Origin: Gammaproteobacteria bacterium
GTDB lineage: Bacteria > Pseudomonadota > Gammaproteobacteria > GCA-001735895
Direction of reading: 5' to 3'
Assembly: GCA_024763185.1 (NCBI GenBank)
Contig: JANTFY010000002.1
Coordinates: forward strand, 1-36,333
DNA: 36,333 nucleotides
How positions within the stretch are numbered: position 1 is the first letter of the stretch; the number at the start of each line of letters is the position of its first letter. The position numbers and the translations under genes are program-made. This document shows positions 1 to 10,002 of this stretch, one piece after another. The notes beneath the pieces were generated by a model that made no database searches, was not told the origin of the DNA, and was given only the letters and a program-made list of their open reading frames with translations.

Positions 1-58
1 GCGGCTCACGCTTGGGAGTTACTATGAGATTCCCGTTACTGTCAAACTACGGGTGCCT

Positions 59-75
59 CCCCAGCAAAGCTGGGG
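59..75. repeat. Perfect 7-bp stem, 3-nt loop hairpin (CCCCAGC aaa GCTGGGG) just 3' of the IS91-like transposase
   Basis: Read directly from the sequence. It lies 16 nt beyond the transposase stop on the minus strand. IS91/ISCR ends are known to carry stem-loops used in rolling-circle transposition. Confidence 0.4.
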
Positions 76-1079
76 GGTCTCCATTTTGTACTAGAAAAGC
101 CAACTTGAAGCTGGTGATGCGCGAGCGCCAGGTAGCAAATCCGGCGACAGTAACAATGCCCCCTTTTTGAAGAGATGCGCCAGTATTCGGTCTATGATTG
201 ACTGATCTTTAATACAGGCAATTATCCGGGCTTCGCCCCCGCACTTTGTGCAAATAGATACATCAATGTTGAAAACACGTTTGAGCATTTGCGCCCAGGT
301 CATTGCCTTGAGTCGCTTTTCTGGCATGCTGTCATCAATGGAATTTAGTGGACTTCCTTTTCCGCGTTTTGCCGGTGTCACATCTGCACGGAATTGTCTG
401 TTAGGCGCGAATACACCATGAAACCGTGTCAGATTCACCCTGGGCCTGGGTATGAGTGCAGCCAGTTTCGCGATGAAATCCATCGGCTCAAATATGACAT
501 GTGTGGTGCCGTCACTGTAGGGTGTTTTAAGCTGATAACGGATATTACCTGAAGATGTCAGAGAAATATGTCGTTCAGCGATAGCTGGCCTCGTGATATA
601 GCGACATAAATGCTCAAGCTTCTGCCGCTCCCAGACCTGAGTCGCCACCCGGGCGTGTAAACTGATTCCGGATTCTTTAGCCACCTGAGCAAACCGATCA
701 TCTTCATCCCAGGCAGGTATGGTTTGCAGGGTAAATACTTTCCGTCCTTGTTGCGGTCCCACGGTGATACGGTAACTAACCTTGCAACCGACTACCTGTT
801 GCATCGGGTCTTCATCAGCAGGCTCTAAATTTAAATAGCAATTCTCGGCTTAAGCATCCTGCGTCGCTCTACCTCCTGCATCCTTGCAGTCGTCATCGTC
901 CCGTTCGAGTATCCCTTCTCGCTCCAGAAATCCAGCCACCCGGCTGCTTAGCTTGTGGAGTAATTCTATCAATTCCTGTTGTTCCGGCTCGTTGATTCGC
1001 TTGAATCGCGTTTTACCGTATTGGTTCTTTATGAACACTCCGTCCAAAAACAGCATGTGGAAATGCACATTGAGATTAT

Positions 1080-1148
1080 TTCGGGCATCCTGCCCTCCAC
1101 CCCTACGGGGTCAGCCTTAGGCTGTTTAAAATCGTTTCCGACGATTTT
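1080..1148 (+). repeat. Copy B of a ~68-nt multi-hairpin repeat element, inserted in the transposase between QRFGSAL and NLNVHFH
   Basis: Sequence ttcgggcatcctgccctccacccctacggggtcagccttaggctgtttaaaatcgtttccgacgatttt. Four consecutive hairpins: GGGCA/TGCCC, CCCC/GGGG, CAGCC/GGCTG, AAAATCGT/ACGATTTT. About 78% identical to the reverse complement of 1467-1533 by my hand alignment. Confidence 0.85.
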
Positions 1149-1466
1149 ATCAAAGCACTGCCAAAACGTTGAATCAGCGTCACTGATCCGGTTTGCGCTG
1201 TTTTTCGGGTATAGCCGGATTTTTTGATCACATGGCCAGAAATTGCCCGATATACTATCCCAAGCGCTCTACTCATTAATTCCGGTCGGCTGGTAAAAAG
1301 AAACCGTAATTGAAATGGAAAACTTAATACCCTCGGCAATTGCTCCTGCATTGCCCTAATACATGCCATTCATGGCATTAACTGGCGTATGGATTGTTTT
1401 GGTAAAACCTCATTCACTAATAAAGCAGCACTTTCAGCCATACGCCTTACCCCGCAACTCGGGCAC

Positions 1467-1533
1467 AAAATCGTCTGGAGCGATTTTGAACAGTCGAAGA
1501 CTGGCCCAAAGGGCGGAGGGCTGGATGCCCGGA
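1467..1533 (-). repeat. Copy A of the same ~68-nt multi-hairpin element, opposite orientation, inserted between CKRRGF and CPSCG
   Basis: Reverse complement reads tccgggcatccagccctccgccctttgggccagtcttcgactgttcaaaatcgctccagacgatttt. The same four hairpins are kept (GGGC/GCCC, CCC/GGG, CAGTC/GACTG, AAAATCG/CGATTTT), with a compensatory change in the third stem relative to copy B. Confidence 0.85.
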
Positions 1534-1865
1534 GTAAAACCCTCTGCGCTTGCAGCTGAATGCGACCAGGTGCTCATGGTGGCAATGGGTGCATTGCACC
1601 CTCATGAATCCGTACTCCAATCGGCCACACTTGAGGAAGTCGTCAAACTCCTGTTGAACGTACAATGGCAATGCCTTGCCGTGACAGGTCATCATGTCCC
1701 TGAATTCTGGGTAATATCGTTCAACAATTTGATATAGAAGCGTCCTTTCAGGCTGATGACGCTGATAGAGTTGAGTTGGGGCTGATCCTTCCTTGATCGG
1801 TGCAGGTAACATGCGGCTCTCCTTTCCTTGGAGGGCCTTTTGTTCTCATAATATTCTCTATTAGA

Positions 1866-1888
1866 CTAATATTTCTGACCAATATTAG
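1866..1888 (+). promoter_or_regulatory. Candidate operator palindrome upstream of the phd-parE pair
   Basis: Perfect inverted repeat CTAATATT-N7-AATATTAG about 50 nt upstream of the antitoxin start. Type II TA operons are usually autoregulated at such palindromes. Confidence 0.35.
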
Positions 1889-1938
1889 CTAAGACAGCTC
1901 GAATCATTTAAAATGAACGAATCGAACGATATAAAACG

Positions 1939-2208
1939 GTGAATATTATGGATGCTCTTTCTGCCAACGAGGCCAAAACCCACTTCGGCGATATGCTCTT
2001 AAAGGCTCAGCGTGCGCCGATTCAGATTAACAAGAATGGCAAGCCGGTAGCCGTTGTGATCTCGGCAGAGGAGTACGAGAGCATCGAGGCATTGAAACTT
2101 CGGCTGTTACAATCCCGGCTCGCCCAGGCTCAGGCCGATATTGCCGCCAGCAATTTGATTGATGGTGAGGCGTTCTTTGATGAACTGGAATCGGGTAAAC
2201 ACGACTGA
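1939..2208 (+). CDS. Phd/YefM-family type II antitoxin
   Basis: 89 aa. The N-terminus (SANEAKTHFGDMLLKAQRAPIQINKNGKPVAVVISAEEYESIEALK) is typical of Phd/YefM. It lies directly upstream of a ParE-like toxin. The start may be GTG 1939 or ATG 1948. Confidence 0.85.
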   Translation: MNIMDALSANEAKTHFGDMLLKAQRAPIQINKNGKPVAVVISAEEYESIEALKLRLLQSRLAQAQADIAASNLIDGEAFFDELESGKHD

Positions 2209-2237
2209 CAATAAATATCCTGTCCAGGCCAAATTCC

Positions 2238-2546
2238 GTGCCAAACTACCGCCTAACACCGGACGCAAAAGCTGACCTTATCGAAATACGCGGTTACACC
2301 TTCGAGCAGTGGGGTGCCGATCAGTCCAGAAAATATTTGTCCGATCTGCGTCAGACCATTCGACTGCTAACCGAAACACCGTCCATTGGAAAAGCACGTC
2401 CTGATGTTGGAGCCAATGTAATGAGCTTTCCCCATGTCAGCCATGTCATTTACTACGTTATTCATAAAAAAGAGCTAGTGGTATTTGGTGTACTGCATAA
2501 ACGGATGGTGCCAGTCAAACACCTGATCGATCGGGACACGATTTAA
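2238..2546 (+). CDS. ParE/RelE-superfamily type II toxin (ParE-like)
   Basis: 102 aa with a GTG start, 29 nt after the antitoxin stop. Typical ParE pattern: YRLTPDAKADLIEIRGYTFEQWG ... VIYYVIHKKELVVFGVLHKRM. Confidence 0.8.
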   Translation: MPNYRLTPDAKADLIEIRGYTFEQWGADQSRKYLSDLRQTIRLLTETPSIGKARPDVGANVMSFPHVSHVIYYVIHKKELVVFGVLHKRMVPVKHLIDRDTI

Positions 2547-2729
2547 AACGAAAACTAACCCTATTAATTTCAAAAATAAAATGAATTCAATGGGGATTTT
2601 GTGGACTCTAAATGCTCAACCAATAACTCATGCAGCTTGCCATTCTCTCCCTTATCCATGGTTTCCTTTAAAACAGCGTGCCATTCATCCCTTTAATTTC
2701 AGATATCTCACTCAAATAATTACTCGCTA

Positions 2730-3220
2730 TGGTTTAGTTCTCCCCCGACGACCCGCAAGCAACCTCAGGGGCTTGGTGAGAGGGAAGGTTTTATTGCATT
2801 TACGGCATTGGGCCTAATAGTACTGCTCCTTTTCATTACTGACATTCACCAGATAAAACTTATTACGCTTGTCTCACTCGTCTTCGTGGTAATACTCAAA
2901 CAGATTTATATGATGATTTTTGCATTCCGGATTCGGACAACTGGCATAGGGTATGGAATGCGGAAGGCAACGATGAAAGGCTTTAAGCACACTGACATTG
3001 GAGTAGGCAATATGAGTCTGTTTACAGCGCTTGCACACATGCTTGATCACCCCGTCATTGATTTTGTTGTCATATGCGTATTTGGTGGCTGAATGTCCTT
3101 TTCAGACAGACCGAAATTATCATAGGCGGGGTTTCGACAGACATTGGCATCAATAGAGAAACCCGTCAGGCTTGGGCTCACCACAGACGGGATTTCGATG
3201 TGTTTCCGTACACTGCTCAT
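2730..3220 (-). pseudogene. Decayed Cys-rich (zinc-ribbon-like) ORF, possibly a transposase N-terminal remnant
   Basis: My own minus-strand translation from ATG 3220 gives MSSVRKHIEIPSVV...NVCRNPAYDNFGLSEKD, followed by a frameshift. It continues as ...VIKHVCKRCKQTHIAYSN...SCPNPECKNHHINLFEYYHEDE*DKRNKFYLVNVSNEKEQYY*AQCRKCNKTFPL..., with in-frame stops. The CxxC...CxxxxC...CxxC spacing resembles IS1/IS1595-type Zn fingers. No intact ORF remains. Confidence 0.3.
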
Positions 3221-3237
3221 AAGATTAGGGAAAAGTT

Positions 3238-3270
3238 AAGCCTTTCTTAGCGCGTAAAAAAGGCTTTTTT
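3238..3270 (+). terminator. Hairpin plus T-run (AAGCCTTT...AAAGGCTT TTTT), terminator-like, with no obvious plus-strand gene
   Basis: 8-bp stem followed by a T-run on the plus strand, read directly. Confidence 0.35.
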
Positions 3271-3405
3271 GATTTCTAACTATTAAACGCTTTTTGCGTA
3301 GGACTTCCATAATTTCTAGTTATTTCAATAGGATAGAGTCCTTTTATCTATCCCGTTGTTTTGTCGAAATTCCGTTTTTTTATCACAAAATTCCGAACGT
3401 CTATC

Positions 3406-3478
3406 AAAAACCCCCCCCCGAAAGCAGGGTCTTTTTTAATCCGATTACATCAATTGCTTCTTATAAACCAGAAGCAAT
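3406..3478 (-). terminator. 3' hairpin region of the cold-shock gene
   Basis: Perfect 9-bp stem ATTGCTTCT/AGAAGCAAT (3453-3478) lies 21 nt after the stop. Next comes a GC stem flanked by A- and T-runs around a C9 tract (3406-3437). Confidence 0.45.
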
Positions 3479-3498
3479 CAACGCGAATAGAAATTAAA

Positions 3499-3702
3499 CT
3501 ATTCAGCTGTAACGTTTGCAGCCTGCGGGCCTTTAGGTCCTGATTCAACGTCAAAATTGACCGTCTGGCCTTCATTCAACACTTTGAAACCTGAACCCTG
3601 GATCGCAGAATAATGGACAAAAACGTCCGCACTGCCATCAGAAGGAGAAATAAAGCCGAAGCCCTTGGATTCGTTAAACCACTTAACGGTACCTGTAGTC
3701 AT
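3499..3702 (-). CDS. CspA-family cold-shock protein
   Basis: 67 aa. [15 protein letters not shown] (RNP1) and VFVHYSAI (RNP2). About 240 nt of upstream non-coding leader, as is usual for csp genes. Confidence 0.95.
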   Translation of the reverse strand: MTTGTVKWFNESKGFGFISPSDGSADVFVHYSAIQGSGFKVLNEGQTVNFDVESGPKGPQAANVTAE

Positions 3703-3941
3703 GATAATTACCTTTAAAAAATGAAAATATAATCATGTGCATATCACAACAAGGTAATTACAGGAAAGACCGGGGTGGAACTTCTGGCAAACTTAATGGA
3801 CGTGCAACTGATTGTAAAAAACCAACGCTTAATTGAATCTGCCAGGCATCTACAATTAAGGGTCAGCGTGATACAGTATATACCAAATAATTCACATTTC
3901 ACCTTTTTTTAAGGTGACCGGCATGGCTGCATAAAACTCTA

Positions 3942-4298
3942 TCAATATTCGAACAGCAACAACTCAGACAAGTCCGGCTGCCATAAATACCGTTTCAAAT
4001 TCACTCGGTTATTCGACACAACAACACCCTCTTGCCATAACAGGTCTGCCTGTCGTCGAGCTTTTTCACCACCCGCCTTGAAAGCCAGTTGACCATTACT
4101 TTTAAGTACGCGGTGCCAGGGAATATGCAACTTATCTGGCGTATTCCTAAGCACTGAACCCACCAGGCGCGCCCTGCCTGGCAAACCAGCCAGATCGGCT
4201 ATCAAACCATAACTGGCGACTTTTCCAGGTGGGATTTTAAAAACCATAGAGCGGATTTGTTGGGCTTTTTGAGTATTTAATGACATTTGAATAAACAA
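3942..4298 (-). CDS. Alkyltransferase-like (ATL) protein, MGMT DNA-binding domain without the acceptor Cys
   Basis: 118 aa with the MGMT C-terminal domain pattern (VPPGKVASYGLIADLAG...). PWHRV stands in place of the catalytic PCHRV. Confidence 0.8.
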   Translation of the reverse strand: MFIQMSLNTQKAQQIRSMVFKIPPGKVASYGLIADLAGLPGRARLVGSVLRNTPDKLHIPWHRVLKSNGQLAFKAGGEKARRQADLLWQEGVVVSNNRVNLKRYLWQPDLSELLLFEY

Positions 4299-4368
4299 AG
4301 ATAAGAGCTTCGATTATATTATAGTGCTCCCTACGATTTCCCGTATTGACGGATACTGTGTAAAAGCC

Positions 4369-5166
4369 ATGAAATCATTCAGTCTCAAAGCCCTAAAGAT
4401 CATCCTTGCGGTACTCTTGATCAGTGCCTGTGCCACCAACATAGCCGGTCGAAAACAACTCATGTTGATCTCCGAGAACGAGGCCATTAAAGCCTCAAAA
4501 CAAGCTTATTCCCAGACACTTCAACCTTTCGCCGAAGAAGGCAAGTTGGACAGTGATCCAGCCCTTGTGATACGGGTCAATAACATCACCAACCGACTGG
4601 TGAAACAGGCAAAAGTTCTGCGCAAGGACAGTGCAAACTGGCAATGGAGCGTAAAAGTGATTGATGACCCAAATACGGTCAACGCCTGGTGCATGGCCGG
4701 CGGAAGAATGGCTATCTACACGGGTCTTATTGAAAAACTCGATGCAAGCGATGATGAAATTGCCCAGGTCATGGGGCATGAAATAGCGCATGCCCTGGCC
4801 AACCATTCAGCGGAACGCATATCCGTAGCCATGGCCAGTGACATGGCTTTAGGGATCTATCAAAGCAGTACCAATGCATCGGCAACTTCGACCGGGCTGG
4901 CCACGATTGCTGCGCAAGTGGCACTGAAACTGCCAAACAGTCGAACCTCTGAAAGTGAGGCGGATAAGATAGGCATAGAGCTTGCCGCCCGCGCCGGTTA
5001 TGATCCGCATGCCGCGGTCAGCTTGTGGAAGAAAATGGCAAAGGTCAGTGGGCATGGCGGTCTGGAATTTTTGAGTACCCATCCGGCACCCAAGAATCGC
5101 GAAAAAACCCTGAAAAACCTCATACCGAAAATGATGCCACTGTACCAGGCCGCGCGCGATAAATAA
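4369..5166 (+). CDS. M48-family Zn metallopeptidase, lipoprotein
   Basis: HEIAH (HExxH) motif, a downstream SESEADKIG (the family's distal Glu), and a lipobox LLISAC after the ATG at 4369. The track ORF begins at an upstream GTG (4324). Confidence 0.85.
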   Translation: MKSFSLKALKIILAVLLISACATNIAGRKQLMLISENEAIKASKQAYSQTLQPFAEEGKLDSDPALVIRVNNITNRLVKQAKVLRKDSANWQWSVKVIDDPNTVNAWCMAGGRMAIYTGLIEKLDASDDEIAQVMGHEIAHALANHSAERISVAMASDMALGIYQSSTNASATSTGLATIAAQVALKLPNSRTSESEADKIGIELAARAGYDPHAAVSLWKKMAKVSGHGGLEFLSTHPAPKNREKTLKNLIPKMMPLYQAARDK

Positions 5167-5170
5167 GGGT

Positions 5171-5992
<822 letters not shown>

Positions 5993-6083
5993 TTATTTCA
6001 AACCAATATTTTAAACCACAGAGCAGACGAAGGACACTGGGGTTTAAGCGCTACGGTTTGCAAAATTAAAACCTAGAAAACTC

Positions 6084-7202
6084 TCAGGGTTTCATGTCTT
6101 CAAAGAATTTTTTTACACCGTCCAGCCAGGAATGCTCATTGGGACTGTGCTTTTTGTTGGATTTACCCATCGACTCGCCGAGTTGTTCCAGAATAGCCTG
6201 TTGTTCTTTATTGAGTTTAACCGGCGTTTCAACCACAACGCGGCAAATCAAATCACCCACAGCACCACCGCGTACCGGTTTGACACCCTTGCCACGCATG
6301 CGAAACAACTTATGAGTTTGCGTACCGGCGGGTATTTTCAGGTTTAAACGTCCGTTCAGGCTGGGTACTTCTAATTCACCGCCTAATGCCGCGGTGACGA
6401 TATTGATCGGCACATCGCAGTAAAGATCGGCATTGTCGCGCTCAAAGATGGCATGCGGTTTGACCCGAATCTGCACATACAGGTCACCCGGGGGTGCACC
6501 ACGCTCGCCCATTTCACCTTCCCCACTCAAACGAATGCGGTCACCATTATCCACCCCGGCAGGTACGTCCACCGACAGCGACTTGTAATGTTTAACACGC
6601 CCTTCACCGTGGCAGGTATTACAGGGTTCCTTGATCACCTGGCCGGTTCCCCGACAGCTTGGGCAGGTTTGCTGTACCGAGAAAAATCCCTGTTGCATAC
6701 GCACCTGCCCATGTCCGGCACAGGTGGTACAGGTTTCTGGCGAGGTCCCCTTACGGGCACCGGTGCCTGCGCAATCGGTACAGGTTTTATGCGTGGGGAC
6801 TTTAATTTTAACCGTGGTACCGGCCACTGCATCTTCCAGTGTTAATTCAAGATTGTATTGCAGGTCTGCACCCTTGCGTACACGGGTGCCACCGCCACCA
6901 CTGAAAATATCTCCAAAGATATCACTGAAGGCATCGCCGAAACCGCCGCCACCAAATCCACCGCCGGCCTGCTGGTTGACACCGGCATGGCCAAACTGGT
7001 CATAGGCCGCGCGTTTTTGGGAATCCGACAACACTTCGTAGGCTTCCTTGGCTTCCTTGAATTTATGCTCGGTTTCCTCGTCGGCATCGGTATTACGATC
7101 CGGATGATACTTCATCGCCAGACGACGGAAGGCCTTTTTCAATTCAGCCTCGGAGGCCGATCTGCTAACACCCAGAACTTCGTAATAATCTCGTTGTGAC
7201 AT
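6084..7202 (-). CDS. dnaJ: Molecular chaperone DnaJ
   Basis: J domain with HPD, a G/F-rich region, and four CxxCxGxG repeats ([32 protein letters not shown]). Confidence 0.97.
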   Translation of the reverse strand: MSQRDYYEVLGVSRSASEAELKKAFRRLAMKYHPDRNTDADEETEHKFKEAKEAYEVLSDSQKRAAYDQFGHAGVNQQAGGGFGGGGFGDAFSDIFGDIFSGGGGTRVRKGADLQYNLELTLEDAVAGTTVKIKVPTHKTCTDCAGTGARKGTSPETCTTCAGHGQVRMQQGFFSVQQTCPSCRGTGQVIKEPCNTCHGEGRVKHYKSLSVDVPAGVDNGDRIRLSGEGEMGERGAPPGDLYVQIRVKPHAIFERDNADLYCDVPINIVTAALGGELEVPSLNGRLNLKIPAGTQTHKLFRMRGKGVKPVRGGAVGDLICRVVVETPVKLNKEQQAILEQLGESMGKSNKKHSPNEHSWLDGVKKFFEDMKP

Positions 7203-7259
7203 ATCGATGGATAAATATCAGTGGGCACAGGATTCTGTGCTTGAATTCTAAATATAAAT

Positions 7260-7287
7260 GCGGACGAGTGTTTACACACCCGTCCGC
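7260..7287 (-). terminator. Intercistronic hairpin between dnaK and dnaJ (partial terminator or attenuator)
   Basis: GCGGACG-N14-CGTCCGC stem, followed on the minus strand by ATTTATATTT. Confidence 0.45.
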
Positions 7288-7313
7288 GAACAGTTGTAGA
7301 TCAGTGGTTAAGC

Positions 7314-9245
7314 TTATTTTTTATCGTCGTCTTTGACTTCTTCAAATTCAGCATCAACCACGTCATCATCGGCTTTTCCGGCATTGGCATCGCTGGCATT
7401 TTGCGCTTCGCCTGCCGCTTCACCGGCATTGGCCGCGTAAGCTTTTTCGGCGAGCTTGCCTGAGGCTTCCGCGAGTGCCTTGGTCTTGGCTTCGATATCA
7501 TCCTTGTCACTGCCTTCCAGTGCCTTCTTAAGATCGGCCACGGCGCTTTCAATAGCGTCCTTGTCTGAGGCTTCAACCTGCTCACCCAGATCCTTCAACG
7601 ACTTTTCAGTCGCATGAATCATGGCTTCCGCCTGGTTACGAACCTCAACCAGTTCACGTACCTTGCGGTCTTCATCGGCATGCGCTTCGGCATCCTTGAT
7701 CATCTTATCGACTTCGTCATCGGACAGGCCGGAAGAAGCCTTGATCACGATCTTTTGCTCCTTGCCGGTTGCCTTGTCTTTGGCCGATACATGCAGAATA
7801 CCGTTGGCATCGATATCGAAAGTTACTTCGATTTGTGGAATACCACGCTGAGCCGGTGGAATATCCGACAGGTCAAAACGACCCAGTGATTTGTTAGCCG
7901 AGGCCACTTCACGCTCACCCTGCAGTACATGCACGGTTACCGCGGTCTGGTTATCTTCAGCCGTTGAGAAAGTTTGCGATGCCTTGGTCGGAATCGTGGT
8001 GTTTTTCTCGATCAGCTTGGTCATCACGCCACCCAGGGTTTCGATACCCAGAGACAGCGGGGTGACATCCAGCAGCAATACATCTTTTACATCACCAGAC
8101 AACACACCACCCTGGATTGCGGCACCGGTTGCAACCGCTTCATCAGGATTGACATCTCGGCGCGATTCCTTACCAAAGAAGTCTTTAACTACTTCCTGAA
8201 CCTTGGGCATACGGGTCTGACCACCTACCAGGATGACGTCATCGATTTCGGAAACCGATAAACCGGCATCGTCAAGAGCCACCTTCAAAGGATCGATGGT
8301 ACGTGCAATCAGGTCATCAACCAGCGATTCCAGCTTGGCACGGGTAATCTTCAGGGTCAGGTGCTTGGGGCCTGTGGCATCGGCGGTGATATAAGGCAGA
8401 TTGACGTCTGTCTGGGTTGCTGAAGACAGTTCGATCTTGGCTTTTTCTGCTGCCTCTTTCAGACGCTGCATGGCCAGGGGGTCACCGCGCAGGTCCATGC
8501 CCTGCTCTTTCTTGAATTCATCCGCCAGGTAATCAATCAGACGCAGGTCGAAATCTTCACCACCAAGGAAGGTATCACCATTGGTTGAAAGCACTTCAAA
8601 CTGGTGTTCGCCATCGATTTCTGCCACCTCGATAATGGATATATCAAAGGTACCACCACCCAGATCGTATACCGCCAGTTTCTTATCACCGGTTGCCTTG
8701 TCCATACCGTACGCAAGTGCCGCTGCGGTAGGCTCATTGATGATACGTTTAACTTCCAGACCGGCGATCTTGCCGGCATCCTTGGTTGCCTGTCGTTGAG
8801 AGTCATTGAAATAGGCCGGAACGGTAATGACAGCCTCGGTGACTTCTTCACCCAGGTATTCCTCGGCGGTTTTTTTCATTTTCTGAAGTACGCGGGCAGA
8901 CACTTCCGGTGGCGCCATTTTCTTGCCTTTGGCTTCAACCCAGGCATCGCCATTGTCAGCCTTCAAGATGGTGTATGGCACCAGCTCAATATCTTTTTGC
9001 ACCGCCGGTTCATCAAAATTACGACCGATCAATCGTTTAACCGCGAATAAAGTATCTTTAGGGTTGGTCACAGCCTGGCGTTTTGCAGACTGACCTACCA
9101 GCACTTCACCATCGTCTGTAAACGCCACGATGGAAGGTGTTGTGCGATCACCTTCACTGTTTTCGATGACCTTTGGTTTATCACCTTCCATCACGGATAC
9201 ACATGAGTTGGTGGTGCCCAGGTCAATACCGATAATTTTTCCCAT
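7314..9245 (-). CDS. dnaK: Molecular chaperone DnaK (Hsp70)
   Basis: 643 aa with canonical Hsp70 signatures ([29 protein letters not shown]). Confidence 0.99.
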   Translation of the reverse strand: MGKIIGIDLGTTNSCVSVMEGDKPKVIENSEGDRTTPSIVAFTDDGEVLVGQSAKRQAVTNPKDTLFAVKRLIGRNFDEPAVQKDIELVPYTILKADNGDAWVEAKGKKMAPPEVSARVLQKMKKTAEEYLGEEVTEAVITVPAYFNDSQRQATKDAGKIAGLEVKRIINEPTAAALAYGMDKATGDKKLAVYDLGGGTFDISIIEVAEIDGEHQFEVLSTNGDTFLGGEDFDLRLIDYLADEFKKEQGMDLRGDPLAMQRLKEAAEKAKIELSSATQTDVNLPYITADATGPKHLTLKITRAKLESLVDDLIARTIDPLKVALDDAGLSVSEIDDVILVGGQTRMPKVQEVVKDFFGKESRRDVNPDEAVATGAAIQGGVLSGDVKDVLLLDVTPLSLGIETLGGVMTKLIEKNTTIPTKASQTFSTAEDNQTAVTVHVLQGEREVASANKSLGRFDLSDIPPAQRGIPQIEVTFDIDANGILHVSAKDKATGKEQKIVIKASSGLSDDEVDKMIKDAEAHADEDRKVRELVEVRNQAEAMIHATEKSLKDLGEQVEASDKDAIESAVADLKKALEGSDKDDIEAKTKALAEASGKLAEKAYAANAGEAAGEAQNASDANAGKADDDVVDAEFEEVKDDDKK

Positions 9246-9287
9246 AATAAAATCTCCGAATTTTTTAATAATTTAAACTTGTAACAA

Positions 9288-9316
9288 AAGTAGGGGCTTT
9301 TTCAGCGCTTTCAAGC
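9288..9316 (-). promoter_or_regulatory. Sigma-32 (RpoH)-type heat-shock promoter for dnaK
   Basis: The minus strand reads GCTTGAA-N13-CCCCTACTT, about 40 nt upstream of the dnaK ATG. The E. coli sigma-32 consensus is CTTGAA-N13-15-CCCCATNT. Confidence 0.6.
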
Positions 9317-9333
9317 CCGTGCGAGGTGTTTTT

Positions 9334-9930
9334 TTAAGTCGATTTTTGCTTGCTCACCACAACCATGGCCGGCCTGATCAAGCGATCATTTAACAGATAA
9401 CCTTTTTGCATTACGTTAAGTACCGTATTGGGTTCAGCCTCTTCGTCTTCCTGCATCGACATCGCCTGGTGATGTTCTGGATTGAATTTTTCACCCAGCG
9501 GATCGACCGGGGTAATACCATTTTTTTCCAGCGTTTTGATGAACATGTCCATGGTCATACTCATGCCTTCCCTGATCGAATCGAGACTGGCATTTTCGGC
9601 TTCTGTGGCCTGCATGCCCAGTTCCATACTGTCGGTAACCGGTAGCAAGGATTCAACAAAGCCCTTAACCGCGTATTTATGTGCATTTTCAATATCACGT
9701 TGAGCACGCTTGCGATTGTTTTCTATCTCCGCATTCAGCCGCATGATCTGTTCCCAGTAATCTTTGATCGTGGCCTGGGCCTTGGCCAGTTCAACGGACA
9801 GGTCCTCATCAGTGCCCTGCGAATCTGCTTGTACGGTTTCGTTGTCCGCACTTTCCTGAGCGAGGTTTTCCAGGTTTTCACTTTGTGCAGGATCCTGATC
9901 CTGCTGAGATTTCATCGATTCTGATGACAT
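9334..9930 (-). CDS. grpE: Nucleotide exchange factor GrpE
   Basis: 198 aa. Acidic N-terminus, coiled coil, and a conserved C-terminal GYxLxDRxIRPAxV motif. Confidence 0.95.
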   Translation of the reverse strand: MSSESMKSQQDQDPAQSENLENLAQESADNETVQADSQGTDEDLSVELAKAQATIKDYWEQIMRLNAEIENNRKRAQRDIENAHKYAVKGFVESLLPVTDSMELGMQATEAENASLDSIREGMSMTMDMFIKTLEKNGITPVDPLGEKFNPEHHQAMSMQEDEEAEPNTVLNVMQKGYLLNDRLIRPAMVVVSKQKST

Positions 9931-9973
9931 AAAAAAGGTCTCCGTAAAGAGGTCTGTTTAATTTCCGGGGTTT

Positions 9974-10002
9974 AAATGTGGGTTATTTCGAAGTATTCAA
10001 GG
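9974..10002 (-). promoter_or_regulatory. Sigma-32-type promoter for grpE, overlapping the 3' end of hrcA
   Basis: The minus strand reads CCTTGAA-N12/13-CCCACATTT, with the same spacing as the dnaK element. Confidence 0.5.

Larger units (their letters stand above)
91..1812 (-). pseudogene. IS91/ISCR-family (HUH, Y2) rolling-circle transposase, inactivated
   Basis: Minus-strand ORF fragments 1447-1812, 1103-1369, 850-1068 and 91-804 read in order as one IS91-type transposase. Recognisable parts are the N-terminal Zn-binding segment (CTHCHHEHLVAFSCKRRGF ... CPSCG in a shifted frame), QRFGSAL, NLNVHFHMLFLDGVF (HUH-like), LTRFHGVFAPN and a C-terminal CTKCGG. Lesions: ~67-nt insertion at 1467-1533, in-frame TGA at 1370-1372, ~69-73-nt insertion at 1078-1150, in-frame TAA at 850-852. 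Confidence 0.85.

Noticed and set aside
1813-2620. Possibility that phd-parE is an integron gene cassette (TA cassettes and IS91/ISCR elements often accompany integrons).
   Set aside because: I found no attC-like imperfect palindrome with RYYYAAC/GTTRRRY core sites flanking the pair, and there is no intI gene in the window.
2581-3092. Plus-strand ORFs 2581-2817 and 2808-3092.
   Set aside because: They have hydrophobic or odd composition, no RBS, and lie antisense to a stretch whose minus-strand translation gives a recognisable (though broken) Cys-rich protein. They are most likely shadow ORFs in decaying DNA.
3411-3419. A C9 homopolymer downstream of the cold-shock gene, considered as a phase-variation tract.
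   Set aside because: It is intergenic, inside a terminator-like structure, and not positioned in a promoter spacer or coding region where length changes would switch expression.
6094-9050. Numerous 60-150-codon ORFs antisense to or out of frame with dnaJ and dnaK (for example 6453-6845, 6631-7005, 6858-7199, 7301-7585, 8604-9050).
   Set aside because: They lie wholly inside strongly supported, conserved chaperone genes. Their products are low-complexity or Arg/Pro/Ser-rich, as expected from translating the opposite strand, and no start context supports them. The same applies to shadow ORFs inside hrcA, recN, pyrG, eno, the RND gene and the M48 gene.
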